From an uncultured Candidatus Saccharibacteria bacterium (lineage in GTDB: Bacteria > Patescibacteriota > Minisyncoccia > Phycocordibacterales > DATGWK01): a stretch of DNA of 64,000 nt. Both the position numbers and the translations under genes were made by a program. Where the stretch lies: positions 74,990-138,989 of the forward strand of contig CAYRZH010000001.1 of assembly GCA_964428845.1 (NCBI GenBank), in the 5' to 3' direction. Numbering within the stretch: position 1 is the first letter of the stretch; every line of letters starts with the position of its first letter. The notes under the pieces were generated by a model. The model saw nothing but the letters and a program-made list of their open reading frames with translations, searched no databases and was not told where the DNA came from. Of the stretch, positions 6,417-16,222 are shown piece by piece.

Positions 6417-7919
6417 CTAGAACTCTTCCCAAGATATGGTTGTATATTGGTCGGAGGTCAGTGGGAAGCTGGGCGGCGGGTTGTATAGAAGATTGGCATC
6501 GTAATTTATGGTTCTCAATACATAGCCAGAACCGTCGGTGTAGGCAAAACCATAACGCAGATATGTCGCAATCATGCCATAGAGCGTGATCGCTGGACGA
6601 GTGTGGTATGGAAAGCAGCGTGCCGTACCTCCTGCCGCAGGCCAATTGGCATTTGGTCGATAATAATATCTGCCGACTCTTCCATTTTGGGCGATCACTG
6701 CGGCGTCTATACGTAGATCATTTTTACTTACCATCCCCACATTTATATTATCTTGAGCCATGAGAGCCACGATGTCTTGACCGTCGTAGTTTGTATAAAT
6801 CAGGTCATTGTTTACAGTTATACTCGTCCTTGTGGCGGGATTGTCTGGAAATCTCCCAGAAGCGATAGTCAGACGCGCCGTCTCTACCTCTCCCTCGACC
6901 CAGACGTTGTCCTCGACAAAGATCAAACCATTTGTTGGGAAGGCATAAGTTTGTACAAATTGGGTGTTGTTCACACTCCAAGACCCCCAACCTGTTTGAT
7001 TTAGATAATTGGTACAACCAGTTGGTGGATTTACCAGAGAGGTAACTCTGTATAGATCAAATGTATCAGTTTTTTTGAGCACTATTTTATACCCAAGAAC
7101 CCCAGAAGCGGCAAAGTATCTGCCATTCGCTTGAGCATCGGTTTTTATCTGGGCAAGATCAGTAGTAAAACCAACGAAATCAACTGCCGGAACTGGAAAT
7201 TGCCGCCCAGCTTCAAACACATCGGCGCGGTTTGGCACTGGCGATGTCGGTGGCGCCTCAAGTGGTCTGAAGGTGTCATCTATTCCCGTTCCTGGTGGTG
7301 CATTGACGTGCGTATGCACACCAAACTCGTTGTTACCAGTATGATCAGGATCGTTATAGTCGGGTCGTGCGCTCGTGACCAGGTTGTGAGCAAGGCCATC
7401 GAAACGGATTCCCCCATTCGAATGGATTGGTCCAAAAACTTCAGTGCCCTGTCCAAAACGCATATCACTATTTGAAACAAATGCGTACTTAGCAAGAGAC
7501 GGCACAGCAAGCTTTGTTCTGACTTTTCTTGAGACCGAAGGTTCTTCGACCACCTTCCCCTCCGATTCGATGGTCACTATGGTCGATCCGATCGGTGGAG
7601 CAGTTATATTGAGCGTGAATGTACCGATAAGAACATCGTCTTTATCATAAAAATTGTGAACATAAGGACCCGGTTGGCCAGTACCATCCATAAAATCCTG
7701 TGGGGCATGCGCCAAGTGCCACCTGTAGTAATCAACACCAGATTCGGCAATCTGAATCGCCCGCTCACGAGAAACTGCCAGATGGGATGCTTTCATGTTT
7801 ACACCTGCCCAAGCCACGATAGCGCTTATGATCACAACAGCGACCCCGCCGAAAACCACAGCCTGGATCAAGACAAATCCGTTTTCATCTGAAATATTTT
7901 TTTCCCGAGATTTTTTCAT
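6417..7919 (-). CDS. PilX-like minor pilin / pilus assembly protein
   Basis: N-terminal GFVL hydrophobic helix followed by AIQIAESGVDY; last gene of the T4P operon. Confidence 0.7.
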   Translation of the reverse strand: MKKSREKNISDENGFVLIQAVVFGGVAVVIISAIVAWAGVNMKASHLAVSRERAIQIAESGVDYYRWHLAHAPQDFMDGTGQPGPYVHNFYDKDDVLIGTFTLNITAPPIGSTIVTIESEGKVVEEPSVSRKVRTKLAVPSLAKYAFVSNSDMRFGQGTEVFGPIHSNGGIRFDGLAHNLVTSARPDYNDPDHTGNNEFGVHTHVNAPPGTGIDDTFRPLEAPPTSPVPNRADVFEAGRQFPVPAVDFVGFTTDLAQIKTDAQANGRYFAASGVLGYKIVLKKTDTFDLYRVTSLVNPPTGCTNYLNQTGWGSWSVNNTQFVQTYAFPTNGLIFVEDNVWVEGEVETARLTIASGRFPDNPATRTSITVNNDLIYTNYDGQDIVALMAQDNINVGMVSKNDLRIDAAVIAQNGRVGRYYYRPNANWPAAGGTARCFPYHTRPAITLYGMIATYLRYGFAYTDGSGYVLRTINYDANLLYNPPPSFPLTSDQYTTISWEEF

Positions 7920-8555
7920 TTAGAGGTTGTCTTTAAGATTCCTCACCGTCACTTGTGACGTCACCGTAAGCGGAGTCGGTGATCTATCTGGGTTTCTGTC
8001 TATTATCACATCTATCTTGATGAGTCTTACCGAAGGAATATTCACTGGTATAGGTAGAGATGGTGTGGATGTACCAGCATAATTGGTGTCGTAGTACAAA
8101 AATAGTGGTGTGGACGAGCTGTTTTTGATATGAGTGATTACGGTTGTTACAGTTTCGGTCGCCGCGTTGTAGGTGAGAGGATTACCTGTAGGTTTGATTA
8201 CGCCCTTATACAAATCCTCATCACGTAAATAATATCTAATTTGTTCTTTTACATTATCATTGTCTATATTTGAAAAAAAAGTGATGGAAGAAGTGCCAGC
8301 TTGGGATATCGGATAACCGCCAAGACTGGAAGGTGATGATTCTCTAAGTTCCGCAACCATAGTTTTCACAACTCTCCGTCCCTCCATCTGGGTATTGAGA
8401 TTTGCCTGTGTGATGTTGTTATAAAAAAATATATCTTTTTCAAAAGTAGTTACAGCAAGGATTATTACACCGAAAATCCCGATATAAACAAGCATTTCTA
8501 CCGCCGTGAAACCGCGAGCTAGACATTTTTTTGTGTTTTCTAAAAAAAAGGACAT
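7920..8555 (-). CDS. Type IV minor pilin (PilW-like)
   Basis: Class III signal RGFTAVEMLVY. Confidence 0.8.
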   Translation of the reverse strand: MSFFLENTKKCLARGFTAVEMLVYIGIFGVIILAVTTFEKDIFFYNNITQANLNTQMEGRRVVKTMVAELRESSPSSLGGYPISQAGTSSITFFSNIDNDNVKEQIRYYLRDEDLYKGVIKPTGNPLTYNAATETVTTVITHIKNSSSTPLFLYYDTNYAGTSTPSLPIPVNIPSVRLIKIDVIIDRNPDRSPTPLTVTSQVTVRNLKDNL

Positions 8556-8566
8556 AAAGTTTTCTG

Positions 8567-10414
8567 TTACGGCGAAAGAAATACCTCGAACTGTTGCCAC
8601 TGGCCAGACATATCGACCGTTCCGCTAAAATCTGCATAATTTTCTTTAGAAACATTGAGGTTATACATACCGGAACCGAGACCACTGAAAATGACCTGGC
8701 CGGGTGGAACACAGGCAGAAGTAAAGGTAAATGAAATATCTGAAATATTTGGGGTAAAACTCGTATTTTCTGTACTCAAATATATTTTATATCGCAAGAA
8801 CTGATCTCCGTTGTGAACTGGGTGGATATTTTGGTTAGCAGAAGTATAGAAACTTCCGGCCGTTCCATCTGGTCCAAGGAAGTTCCAAGTAGTGGTGTCA
8901 TTGTTTGTAGCGATCTGGAGTTTAACACTCCCTGCCCCGGTTGCCGGCGGCTGATCTATCGGCTGCCAAAATATCTGATGGAAATTACTTCCCGAACCTG
9001 TATCATATGTCGAAGAAATAAGACTCCCTTCCTCGTCGTAAGCCCCAAATGAGCCGTTCAGTTTTATCTCTCCGGCCGGATCATTGTTCTCTACCCTCTG
9101 TGAAGAAAAATACCTCGCTGGATCAGTAGACGTCCCTTGCCCACCACCGCTTGACCAGTCAGTCTGACCCAAGAAACCTCGCCCAGTTATGAGTGTGTTG
9201 TCGTAGCCACCCCCTTGACCCTCGAGGTGAACCGTCGAGCTCGCAAGTGGTAACTCTGTCGCATTATCCTTCACAATAACAAGTAAGCTCCTTGGGTTTT
9301 TTGGAGCAACTGTAAGCTGGAGGTCTTGGACACTGTTCGGAATGAGGTTCAGGGGAAAAATTGGGCTAGTGCCGGTGAGATCAAAACTCCCATCATTCGA
9401 CAATAGCGAGTAAGTGTCCCATTCAAGATTTGAAATTGTCTTTAAACCATCATCGTCTGTCATATGGTCCGCATCATATTTTAGGACATCTGGGTTGGTT
9501 CCGATAAGACGAGTCCCCCTAAGAGAAAAATCTATGTTGGGGACGGGAGTGCATGTCTGGGTTACTGAAGAAGCCTTGATCGTACTCAACCTATCTATAA
9601 CAAAACTAATCTGTGTTACTTGTTGAAGAACAACTGTAGCGTGCGGCACTACTGGATTTGGGTTACCTGCCGCACCCGGGGTATAAGTCCTGTCAGTAGT
9701 AAAACCTGTTTTGCTAACAGTAATCTCATAGGCGTTCACACCTGGTGGAGCATCTACGATCTGGAGCATGCCGCCAATATTCGTCGTGTCATCGATCACG
9801 ATCGCCGGTATAGCCTGGTTGTTTACGACGTGAACACTGGCGTCTGGGACTGGCTGGCCACTGGCATCGAGAACCTGTATAAAAAGTGCTCCGTTTGTAG
9901 AAGCGGTCTCAAGATTTTTCGGCGCAACTCTTGTGTTTACAAAAACAGGTACGAAGTTTTTACAACTAGGACAGTCGACTTGGATCTCCACAAGTCTGTT
10001 GTCAGCGGGAGAAAGATCATTTGGCTCACCGCCGATCGTCCCGTCAAACGGATCGTCGATGTTTCGCACGGTTGTAGTTACGATAAAAGTATAGCCACTA
10101 CGTACCAGCGTCTGGACCCGCGGAATTTCTCCTGCTGGAATACCAGCGACAATACCGACGTCCGCGTAAGGCATATTTCTTGCGATTTCAAACTGCTCAT
10201 TGGCCAGATCCATAGCCACTATCTTTGACCGAGAAGCCGATATGAGAGAGAAAGTGGTAGTGAAGGCTTCGTACGTGCTCATGGCCACAATAAGAAAAAC
10301 TGATACGCCGACCAGAAGCTCCACGAGGCTAAAGCCGCTTTTTGATGGGCCAGTGCCAGGCTTAAGCATATAGGGATAAAAATAGGTGAAAGAAGTTTTT
10401 TTCATAACGAACAC
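8567..10414 (-). CDS. Large prepilin (PilV-like) with beta-sandwich domains
   Basis: SGFSLVELLVG prepilin motif; QVLDASGQPVPDASV and YEITVSKTGF carboxypeptidase-regulatory-like segments. Confidence 0.75.
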   Translation of the reverse strand: MFVMKKTSFTYFYPYMLKPGTGPSKSGFSLVELLVGVSVFLIVAMSTYEAFTTTFSLISASRSKIVAMDLANEQFEIARNMPYADVGIVAGIPAGEIPRVQTLVRSGYTFIVTTTVRNIDDPFDGTIGGEPNDLSPADNRLVEIQVDCPSCKNFVPVFVNTRVAPKNLETASTNGALFIQVLDASGQPVPDASVHVVNNQAIPAIVIDDTTNIGGMLQIVDAPPGVNAYEITVSKTGFTTDRTYTPGAAGNPNPVVPHATVVLQQVTQISFVIDRLSTIKASSVTQTCTPVPNIDFSLRGTRLIGTNPDVLKYDADHMTDDDGLKTISNLEWDTYSLLSNDGSFDLTGTSPIFPLNLIPNSVQDLQLTVAPKNPRSLLVIVKDNATELPLASSTVHLEGQGGGYDNTLITGRGFLGQTDWSSGGGQGTSTDPARYFSSQRVENNDPAGEIKLNGSFGAYDEEGSLISSTYDTGSGSNFHQIFWQPIDQPPATGAGSVKLQIATNNDTTTWNFLGPDGTAGSFYTSANQNIHPVHNGDQFLRYKIYLSTENTSFTPNISDISFTFTSACVPPGQVIFSGLGSGMYNLNVSKENYADFSGTVDMSGQWQQFEVFLSP

Positions 10415-10428
10415 GGCTAACCGCCTGG

Positions 10429-11646
10429 CTAAATAGCATCAACCAAAGAATATATCGGCTGAAGCATGGACACCGCGAAGAATCCGACCGCCACACCTAT
10501 CACCACCATAAGGAAAGGTTCGATAATCGTCGACATGTCCTTGGTTTTCTGTTCAACTTCCTCCTCGTAAAATGTCGCTACATTTTGAAGCATCTCTGAA
10601 AGTTTACCGGTTTCCTCACCGATGCTTGCCATTTCTCCGACGAAAACGGGATAAAGTTTCGGTTCGGCGATAAAGACTTCCGAAATTGGCTTGCCTTTTT
10701 CGACATTCATCTCTGCTCTTTTTAGCACTGCTTTATAAAATGAATTTTGCACTACATCTGTTGTAATCTTTATAGCGATTAGGAAATCTACACCGGCACT
10801 AAGGAGTGAAGATAGAGTACGGGCGGTACGAGCGGCATTCACTTCCTTTACTATTCCAGAGATGATAGGGATATGGAGAAGGGCCGTATCGTAGAGTCGC
10901 TTACCCTTAGAAGTACGCCCAAACCAAATACCAAAAGAAACAAGTGCGACAAGAAGAATGAAGGCGATTATCAAATTATTCTTGAGAAGTTCGGAGAAAA
11001 ATATTACTGATCTCGTGGAGAGAGGCAAATTCATATTCAACTCTTTGAAAGTTTCTGTGAGAGTCGGTACAACGTATATGAGCATCAAGACACCGATAGC
11101 CACCATGATCAAAATCACAATCGATGGATAGATAAGGGCTCCGCGTATTTTTTTGGTTAGAAGATAACTTTTTTCAAGTTGATTCCCTACTGCTTTGAGA
11201 GAGCCGGTGAGACTTCCCGATTCTTCTCCAGCCTTCACCATAGAGATAAACAGTTGAGAAAAAGTGTTGGGGTACTTACCCATAGCGCTGGAAAGAGATT
11301 CCCCTCGACTGACAGCCATCTCAAGACCCTTGACCACACTCCTAAGCTCCATGCTCCGAGTCTGTCTTTCGATGACCGAAAGAGCTCTGGTGAGTGGCAA
11401 CCCCGCTTCAATCATTGTCCCAAGGTTCTTGGCAAACATTACTTTGTCTGAAGCTTTCACTCTAGACAAAAAGTTTGGCATCTTAAGAGAGCCGGCAAAA
11501 GTATTGTCCTTTGCCTCTTTTACCGAAATAATCGTCCCTCCTTCTTTTTTTATCTCATCGTAAAGTACAAATTTGTTCGCCGCTTCACGAACTCCTTCGT
11601 ACTTTTCTCCCCCTTGTTTTATTGCCTTAAAAGAAAATTTTGTCAT
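10429..11646 (-). CDS. pilC: T2SS/T4P platform protein (PilC/GspF)
   Basis: MVKAGEESGSL, ALIYP, GEETGKL, IIEP. Confidence 0.93.
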   Translation of the reverse strand: MTKFSFKAIKQGGEKYEGVREAANKFVLYDEIKKEGGTIISVKEAKDNTFAGSLKMPNFLSRVKASDKVMFAKNLGTMIEAGLPLTRALSVIERQTRSMELRSVVKGLEMAVSRGESLSSAMGKYPNTFSQLFISMVKAGEESGSLTGSLKAVGNQLEKSYLLTKKIRGALIYPSIVILIMVAIGVLMLIYVVPTLTETFKELNMNLPLSTRSVIFFSELLKNNLIIAFILLVALVSFGIWFGRTSKGKRLYDTALLHIPIISGIVKEVNAARTARTLSSLLSAGVDFLIAIKITTDVVQNSFYKAVLKRAEMNVEKGKPISEVFIAEPKLYPVFVGEMASIGEETGKLSEMLQNVATFYEEEVEQKTKDMSTIIEPFLMVVIGVAVGFFAVSMLQPIYSLVDAI

Positions 11647-11661
11647 GAGTTTATTATCGAT

Positions 11662-13416
11662 TTATTCTGTGACAACGCGCAAAACCTCCTCGATCGTAGT
11701 GTGGCCTTCTACAGCCTTAAAAATGCCGTCCTCAAGCATTGTAAGCATCCCTTCTTTCTTTCCTTGAGCCTCAATCTCTTTGTCTGTCTTGCCTTGGATA
11801 ACCATCTCCTTTATGGTTGGTGACATTTTCAAAACTTCATGAATTCCAATTCGACCAGAAAAGCTCTCCTCTGGATCTATCCCGCCTTGAGGTCGGTAAA
11901 ATGGTATCTTTTCCCATGTAGCCTTTGGGTCTATCACCTTTTCTTCTTTCAAAAAATGCAGAACATGGTTTAGATCTACAGACTCTCCGAGAGTTTTAAG
12001 TTCTGCCGGGGTTAAAATATATTTTTCTTTTTTGTCTGTGAGACGGCGCACTAAACGCTGACCGATTACTACACTCACGGTAGAGACAATGAGGAAGGGT
12101 TCGGCTTTCATATCGACGAGACGTGGAATAGCCCCAGAAGCCGAGTTGGTGTGGAGGGTCGAAAGTACTAAGTGGCCAGTAAGGGCGGCATTTATAGCAA
12201 GTGAAGCCGTTTCGTTGTCGCGAATCTCACCAACCATAATGATATCCGGGTCTTGACGCACAAGAGTACGGAGGCCATTGGCAAAAGTGAAACCGATTTC
12301 TGGTTTGACCTGGGTTTGGTTGATGCGATTCATCTGATACTCGACTGGGTCTTCTATAGTAGAAATATTTACATCGGGCGTGTTTAAAATATCCAAAATT
12401 GTATAGAGAGTCGTTGTTTTACCGGAGCCGGTAGGCCCAGTGGTAAGAATCATTCCTGTAGCGAGCTTCGTGGCCTTATGGATCCGCTCAAGCCCTTCTC
12501 CATGGAAGCCGATGGCCTCGAGGGTAAAGCCGGAAACACTTTCTCGAAGCAGACGCATCACAGCTTTTTCTCCGTAGTAGATCGGTAGGGTCGAGACACG
12601 GAAGGAAACCTTTTCTCCTCCAGTATCTATCTTGAAGCGCCCGTCCTGCGGAAGACGCTTCTCGTCTAGTCGAAGATTCGATAGTACTTTGATACGCGCA
12701 ATGATACTTGAGGCCACGTTCTTCGGGAGAACCATGGCGTCACGAAGGATGCCATCAGTACGATAACGCACTACCACTTGGTTTTCGAGAGGTTCTATGT
12801 GTATGTCGGAAGCATTCTGAAGGATGGCATGCTTGAGAAGTGTGTCTACTATGCGCACCACCGGGAGATCCTCGGCGAGCTTTTTGAGATCACCCTCGGA
12901 AGTGTTGTCTTCCCTCCCTCCGTCGGCTATAGCCTTGAGGGATACTGCTTCCTTTTCTATGATGTCACCGAACTCGGCCTTTAGGCTCTTTTGATATTGC
13001 AGAAGAGCACTTTTCATCGATTCACCGTCAGTAAGACGCGGCAATATTTTCAAACCGACTTTTTTCTTTACAAAATCAATAGCAGGAAGGTCTTCTGTGT
13101 TGAGCATCGCCACTTCGAGAGTTCCGCGACCTTTTCTGAAAGCTACGATGTTGTGATTGCGAGCAATCGGCTCCGGGATAAGAGAAAGAACGTCAAAATT
13201 GAGTTTCTCCCCCTTCAAATCTACAAATGGAATACCCAAAATACTTGCTTCTATGCGACGCAAATCATCCTGATTGATCTTTCCTTTGTTGACGAGTACC
13301 TCACCGATCCCTTTTTCTGCCCCGTCGGCCTCTTTTTCGGCATCATTTATGTCAGCTTTGGACACAAGACCAGAATCTAGAATAAAATCCTTAAGTTGTT
13401 TTTCTTCAATGTGCAT
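11662..13416 (-). CDS. pilB: T4P assembly ATPase (PilB/GspE)
   Basis: ASDIHIEP, RLPQDGR, GPTGSGKTTT, RQDPDIIMVGEIRD, TGHLVLSTLHTN. Confidence 0.93.
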   Translation of the reverse strand: MHIEEKQLKDFILDSGLVSKADINDAEKEADGAEKGIGEVLVNKGKINQDDLRRIEASILGIPFVDLKGEKLNFDVLSLIPEPIARNHNIVAFRKGRGTLEVAMLNTEDLPAIDFVKKKVGLKILPRLTDGESMKSALLQYQKSLKAEFGDIIEKEAVSLKAIADGGREDNTSEGDLKKLAEDLPVVRIVDTLLKHAILQNASDIHIEPLENQVVVRYRTDGILRDAMVLPKNVASSIIARIKVLSNLRLDEKRLPQDGRFKIDTGGEKVSFRVSTLPIYYGEKAVMRLLRESVSGFTLEAIGFHGEGLERIHKATKLATGMILTTGPTGSGKTTTLYTILDILNTPDVNISTIEDPVEYQMNRINQTQVKPEIGFTFANGLRTLVRQDPDIIMVGEIRDNETASLAINAALTGHLVLSTLHTNSASGAIPRLVDMKAEPFLIVSTVSVVIGQRLVRRLTDKKEKYILTPAELKTLGESVDLNHVLHFLKEEKVIDPKATWEKIPFYRPQGGIDPEESFSGRIGIHEVLKMSPTIKEMVIQGKTDKEIEAQGKKEGMLTMLEDGIFKAVEGHTTIEEVLRVVTE

Positions 13417-13518
13417 AATCTAGAATATAGAGCAAGCTAATTATATCAAACAAACAAAAAACCTATCCCGAGAGATTGGGATAAGTTTTTTAGACAGAGT
13501 TTCTTTTGTGAACCAAAT

Positions 13519-14553
13519 TTATCCGATAATAATCATATTGAAAACCTGCGGACCAAGAGGATAATCATAAAAATTCTCTGTCGTTCCATATAGACAACCA
13601 TTCGCATTAGCGGTTGCTTTCAATGGAAGAGAAACGGGAGCATTTCCGTCCGGGTGGTTGTGGATATACGTTGTAGCTACCGATCCATTTACGATTGCCC
13701 TGACAGGATAGTCTGGATTATTGCTCGCCGTCTTAACTGTTCCATATATTATTACCAAATAATTTTTGTTTGGGACAAGATTACATAGAGCCGCTTGACC
13801 GGCGGCATCGGACCCTACCGTCTCTATCGTCACCAAAGAAGTGCTTCCCCCTCCAGCGGGCGTTTGCCATGTACCAACACCCGTCGCATCTGAAGTAAGG
13901 ACTTTTCCGAGACCAGGTTGTCCACCTCTTACTCTGATACTCCCATTCACATCAAGAGCTGCCGTTATGGGTGTCGCAGCTGTTCCAACGCCCACCCTCG
14001 TACCAGTAATACTATCAACAACAATGGGAGAATTACCCACTGAAGTTGCAGTAAGAAATTTAGGAATAAAATTTACAGTTCCCGAGCCAGTAATACCAGA
14101 ACCACCACCGCCAGTCGGAGCATCTCCCCAAATCACCCCCCCTTGCCCCCTAGTAAGCACCTGTCCCACCGATCCTGAACTACCCGAGGGAACAGAGCTA
14201 TCATAAATATGCCCTCTCAATCTCACGTCTCCTCTCACATCAAGTGCCCGCGTTGGTTGATCTCCCGGACCCACCCCATCCATACCGATCCCGACCTTAC
14301 CCAAAATCGTATTCCCATTGGTGGAACCATTTACTATGAGGCCATAGTTTGCACTGCCGGAGTTATTCAATGTCAGTCCCCCTTCCTTTATCTGCCCAGT
14401 AAGCGTCACATTGAGCGGTGATGCTGTATTCCCCAATGGTGGAGTCATGCTTGGTGGTGACCATACATATGCGGCAAAGATATAGTTGGTACCAACTGTG
14501 AGAATGAGAGCGACTATAACGATTTTTAATGTTTGGATAAAATCTTTTTTCAT
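13519..14553 (-). CDS. Secreted fibre/adhesin-like protein (paralogue A)
   Basis: Signal peptide, WSPPSMTPPLGNTASPLNV, GKVGIG...LDVRGDVRLRGHIYDS and GQVLT repeats; start moved to ATG 14553. Confidence 0.6.
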   Translation of the reverse strand: MKKDFIQTLKIVIVALILTVGTNYIFAAYVWSPPSMTPPLGNTASPLNVTLTGQIKEGGLTLNNSGSANYGLIVNGSTNGNTILGKVGIGMDGVGPGDQPTRALDVRGDVRLRGHIYDSSVPSGSSGSVGQVLTRGQGGVIWGDAPTGGGGSGITGSGTVNFIPKFLTATSVGNSPIVVDSITGTRVGVGTAATPITAALDVNGSIRVRGGQPGLGKVLTSDATGVGTWQTPAGGGSTSLVTIETVGSDAAGQAALCNLVPNKNYLVIIYGTVKTASNNPDYPVRAIVNGSVATTYIHNHPDGNAPVSLPLKATANANGCLYGTTENFYDYPLGPQVFNMIIIG

Positions 14554-14588
14554 AAAATTAAGATATAAATAAACTAGCTCCATCTCTT

Positions 14589-15923
14589 CTATTGACTTGT
14601 AAGGGTACTGCAATAGATCCCTTTGACTCGCATACTCTGCTGGTTGGTGCCCCAATCGTGGAGGAAAAGACCTGTCATCACCGTGCCAGCTGGACATTTT
14701 ACATCTTGTTCGTTTATTTGAGGATTGAAGGGTGGAATTGGTATAAGTTGAGAACTAGGAGCTGGGACAACACTCTTCCAAGACCCAGTTCCATCACTAC
14801 TACTGGACAAAAACTTACCACTTGGAACTGGCGTTCCGCCGCGAATTCTCACATTTCCGTTTACATCAAGAGTAGCAGTCGGAGGATTGCCACCCGTCGT
14901 ACCTATTCCCACATTTCCACCAGTCGGATTTAGAGTGAGATTCCCGACCCCCGTTGGGAAATATTGTAAAAACCTCTTTCCAATATTGTGATCCCAGAGA
15001 AAAAATGTATTGTCGGCCGAATTTCCCACAACCTCTTGCTTACCAATAGCATACTCAAGCCCACCAGCCGAGTCGGTAAATGCAATGGACGCCTGAATAC
15101 TATCTGCCGTAGGTGAAACTCTGATCGCGCTCAAGGCACCAAGGTTACTTTTTACATGTAGAGTAGATTCTGGAGCAGAAACTCCTACACCAACTTTCCC
15201 ATTGTTCGAGTTATATATACTCGTGCCGGAACCCTGTGCCCAAAAAGATGTTCCTCCTTGTCCGCCGGTAGCATTCTTCCACTCTATTCCATTTTGCCCT
15301 CTGGTAAGAACTTGCCCGGCCGCTCCGGCACTTCCTGTGGTTCCCGAGCTGTCGTAGATATGGCCCCTAATTCTCACATCACCGTTCACATCAAACTTTC
15401 GTGTGGGATTAGAACTGCCTACACCCACGTTGCCCGCATTAGAGTTGTAAATATTTGTACCAGACCCTTGAGACCAGAAAGAGCCTCCGCCTTGTCCACC
15501 AGCCGCGTTTCTCCACTCTATTCCATCCTCACCCCTAGCGAGAAACTGGTTTTCCTCGCCAGCGCTGTTTTCACTGTCATAAATATGGCCCCTTAGTCTC
15601 ACATCGCCATTCACATCCAGTTTTCTTGTAGGAGTTACACCGATGCCGACCTTGCCTGTTGTAGAATTACTACCCCAAACGATGAGCCCATTGGGAGCTG
15701 TGCCGATAGTATTAAGGGAGAGACCGCCAGCTTTTGATTGGCCAGTAGCTGTCACGTTTATAGGAGAAGCTGTATTCCCATCAGGTGGGACTGAAGTTGG
15801 AGCTGACCAAATATAAGCAAACACATAGTTAGTGCCAACCACAAGAAGAAGAGCGAGAATGATTGTTTTCAGGATTTGAATAAGTTTTTTTTCAGGTTCC
15901 ATATTTTTTTTATTAATTTCCAC
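14589..15923 (-). CDS. Secreted fibre/adhesin-like protein (paralogue B)
   Basis: Same N-terminus as paralogue A; internal tandem repeat (DVNGDVRxRGHIYDS...GIEWxNAxGGQGG.SFWxQGSGT); Cys-flanked C-terminal domain. Confidence 0.6.
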   Translation of the reverse strand: MEINKKNMEPEKKLIQILKTIILALLLVVGTNYVFAYIWSAPTSVPPDGNTASPINVTATGQSKAGGLSLNTIGTAPNGLIVWGSNSTTGKVGIGVTPTRKLDVNGDVRLRGHIYDSENSAGEENQFLARGEDGIEWRNAAGGQGGGSFWSQGSGTNIYNSNAGNVGVGSSNPTRKFDVNGDVRIRGHIYDSSGTTGSAGAAGQVLTRGQNGIEWKNATGGQGGTSFWAQGSGTSIYNSNNGKVGVGVSAPESTLHVKSNLGALSAIRVSPTADSIQASIAFTDSAGGLEYAIGKQEVVGNSADNTFFLWDHNIGKRFLQYFPTGVGNLTLNPTGGNVGIGTTGGNPPTATLDVNGNVRIRGGTPVPSGKFLSSSSDGTGSWKSVVPAPSSQLIPIPPFNPQINEQDVKCPAGTVMTGLFLHDWGTNQQSMRVKGIYCSTLTSQ

Positions 15924-16212
15924 TAAGCGATTTTATGAGGGCGGCCTTTTCTGCCTCGGTCATCTTCTCTTCCCCTTGGGCAGACAAAGATTCCGCTAAA
16001 GCTTCCTCTTCTTGGGCACTTAACGCCGAAACTCCAGTCGCAGTAAGACTTCTCTCGAGTTCTGCGCGATCGATCGCAACATTTTCCTCTTCTTGAGCGG
16101 GAGGAATTGTCTCTTCCTTTTTATCGAGTCCCAAAAAAATGATGACAAAAATTACAACCAAAATTACCACCACGGCGATCACAATTTTATTTTTTCCAAA
16201 ATTATCTATCAT
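15913..16212 (-). CDS. Small single-pass membrane protein
   Basis: N-terminal TM and acidic tail; co-oriented in the operon. Confidence 0.7.
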   Translation of the reverse strand: MIDNFGKNKIVIAVVVILVVIFVIIFLGLDKKEETIPPAQEEENVAIDRAELERSLTATGVSALSAQEEEALAESLSAQGEEKMTEAEKAALIKSLSGN

Positions 16213-16222
16213 GTTTTAAAAA

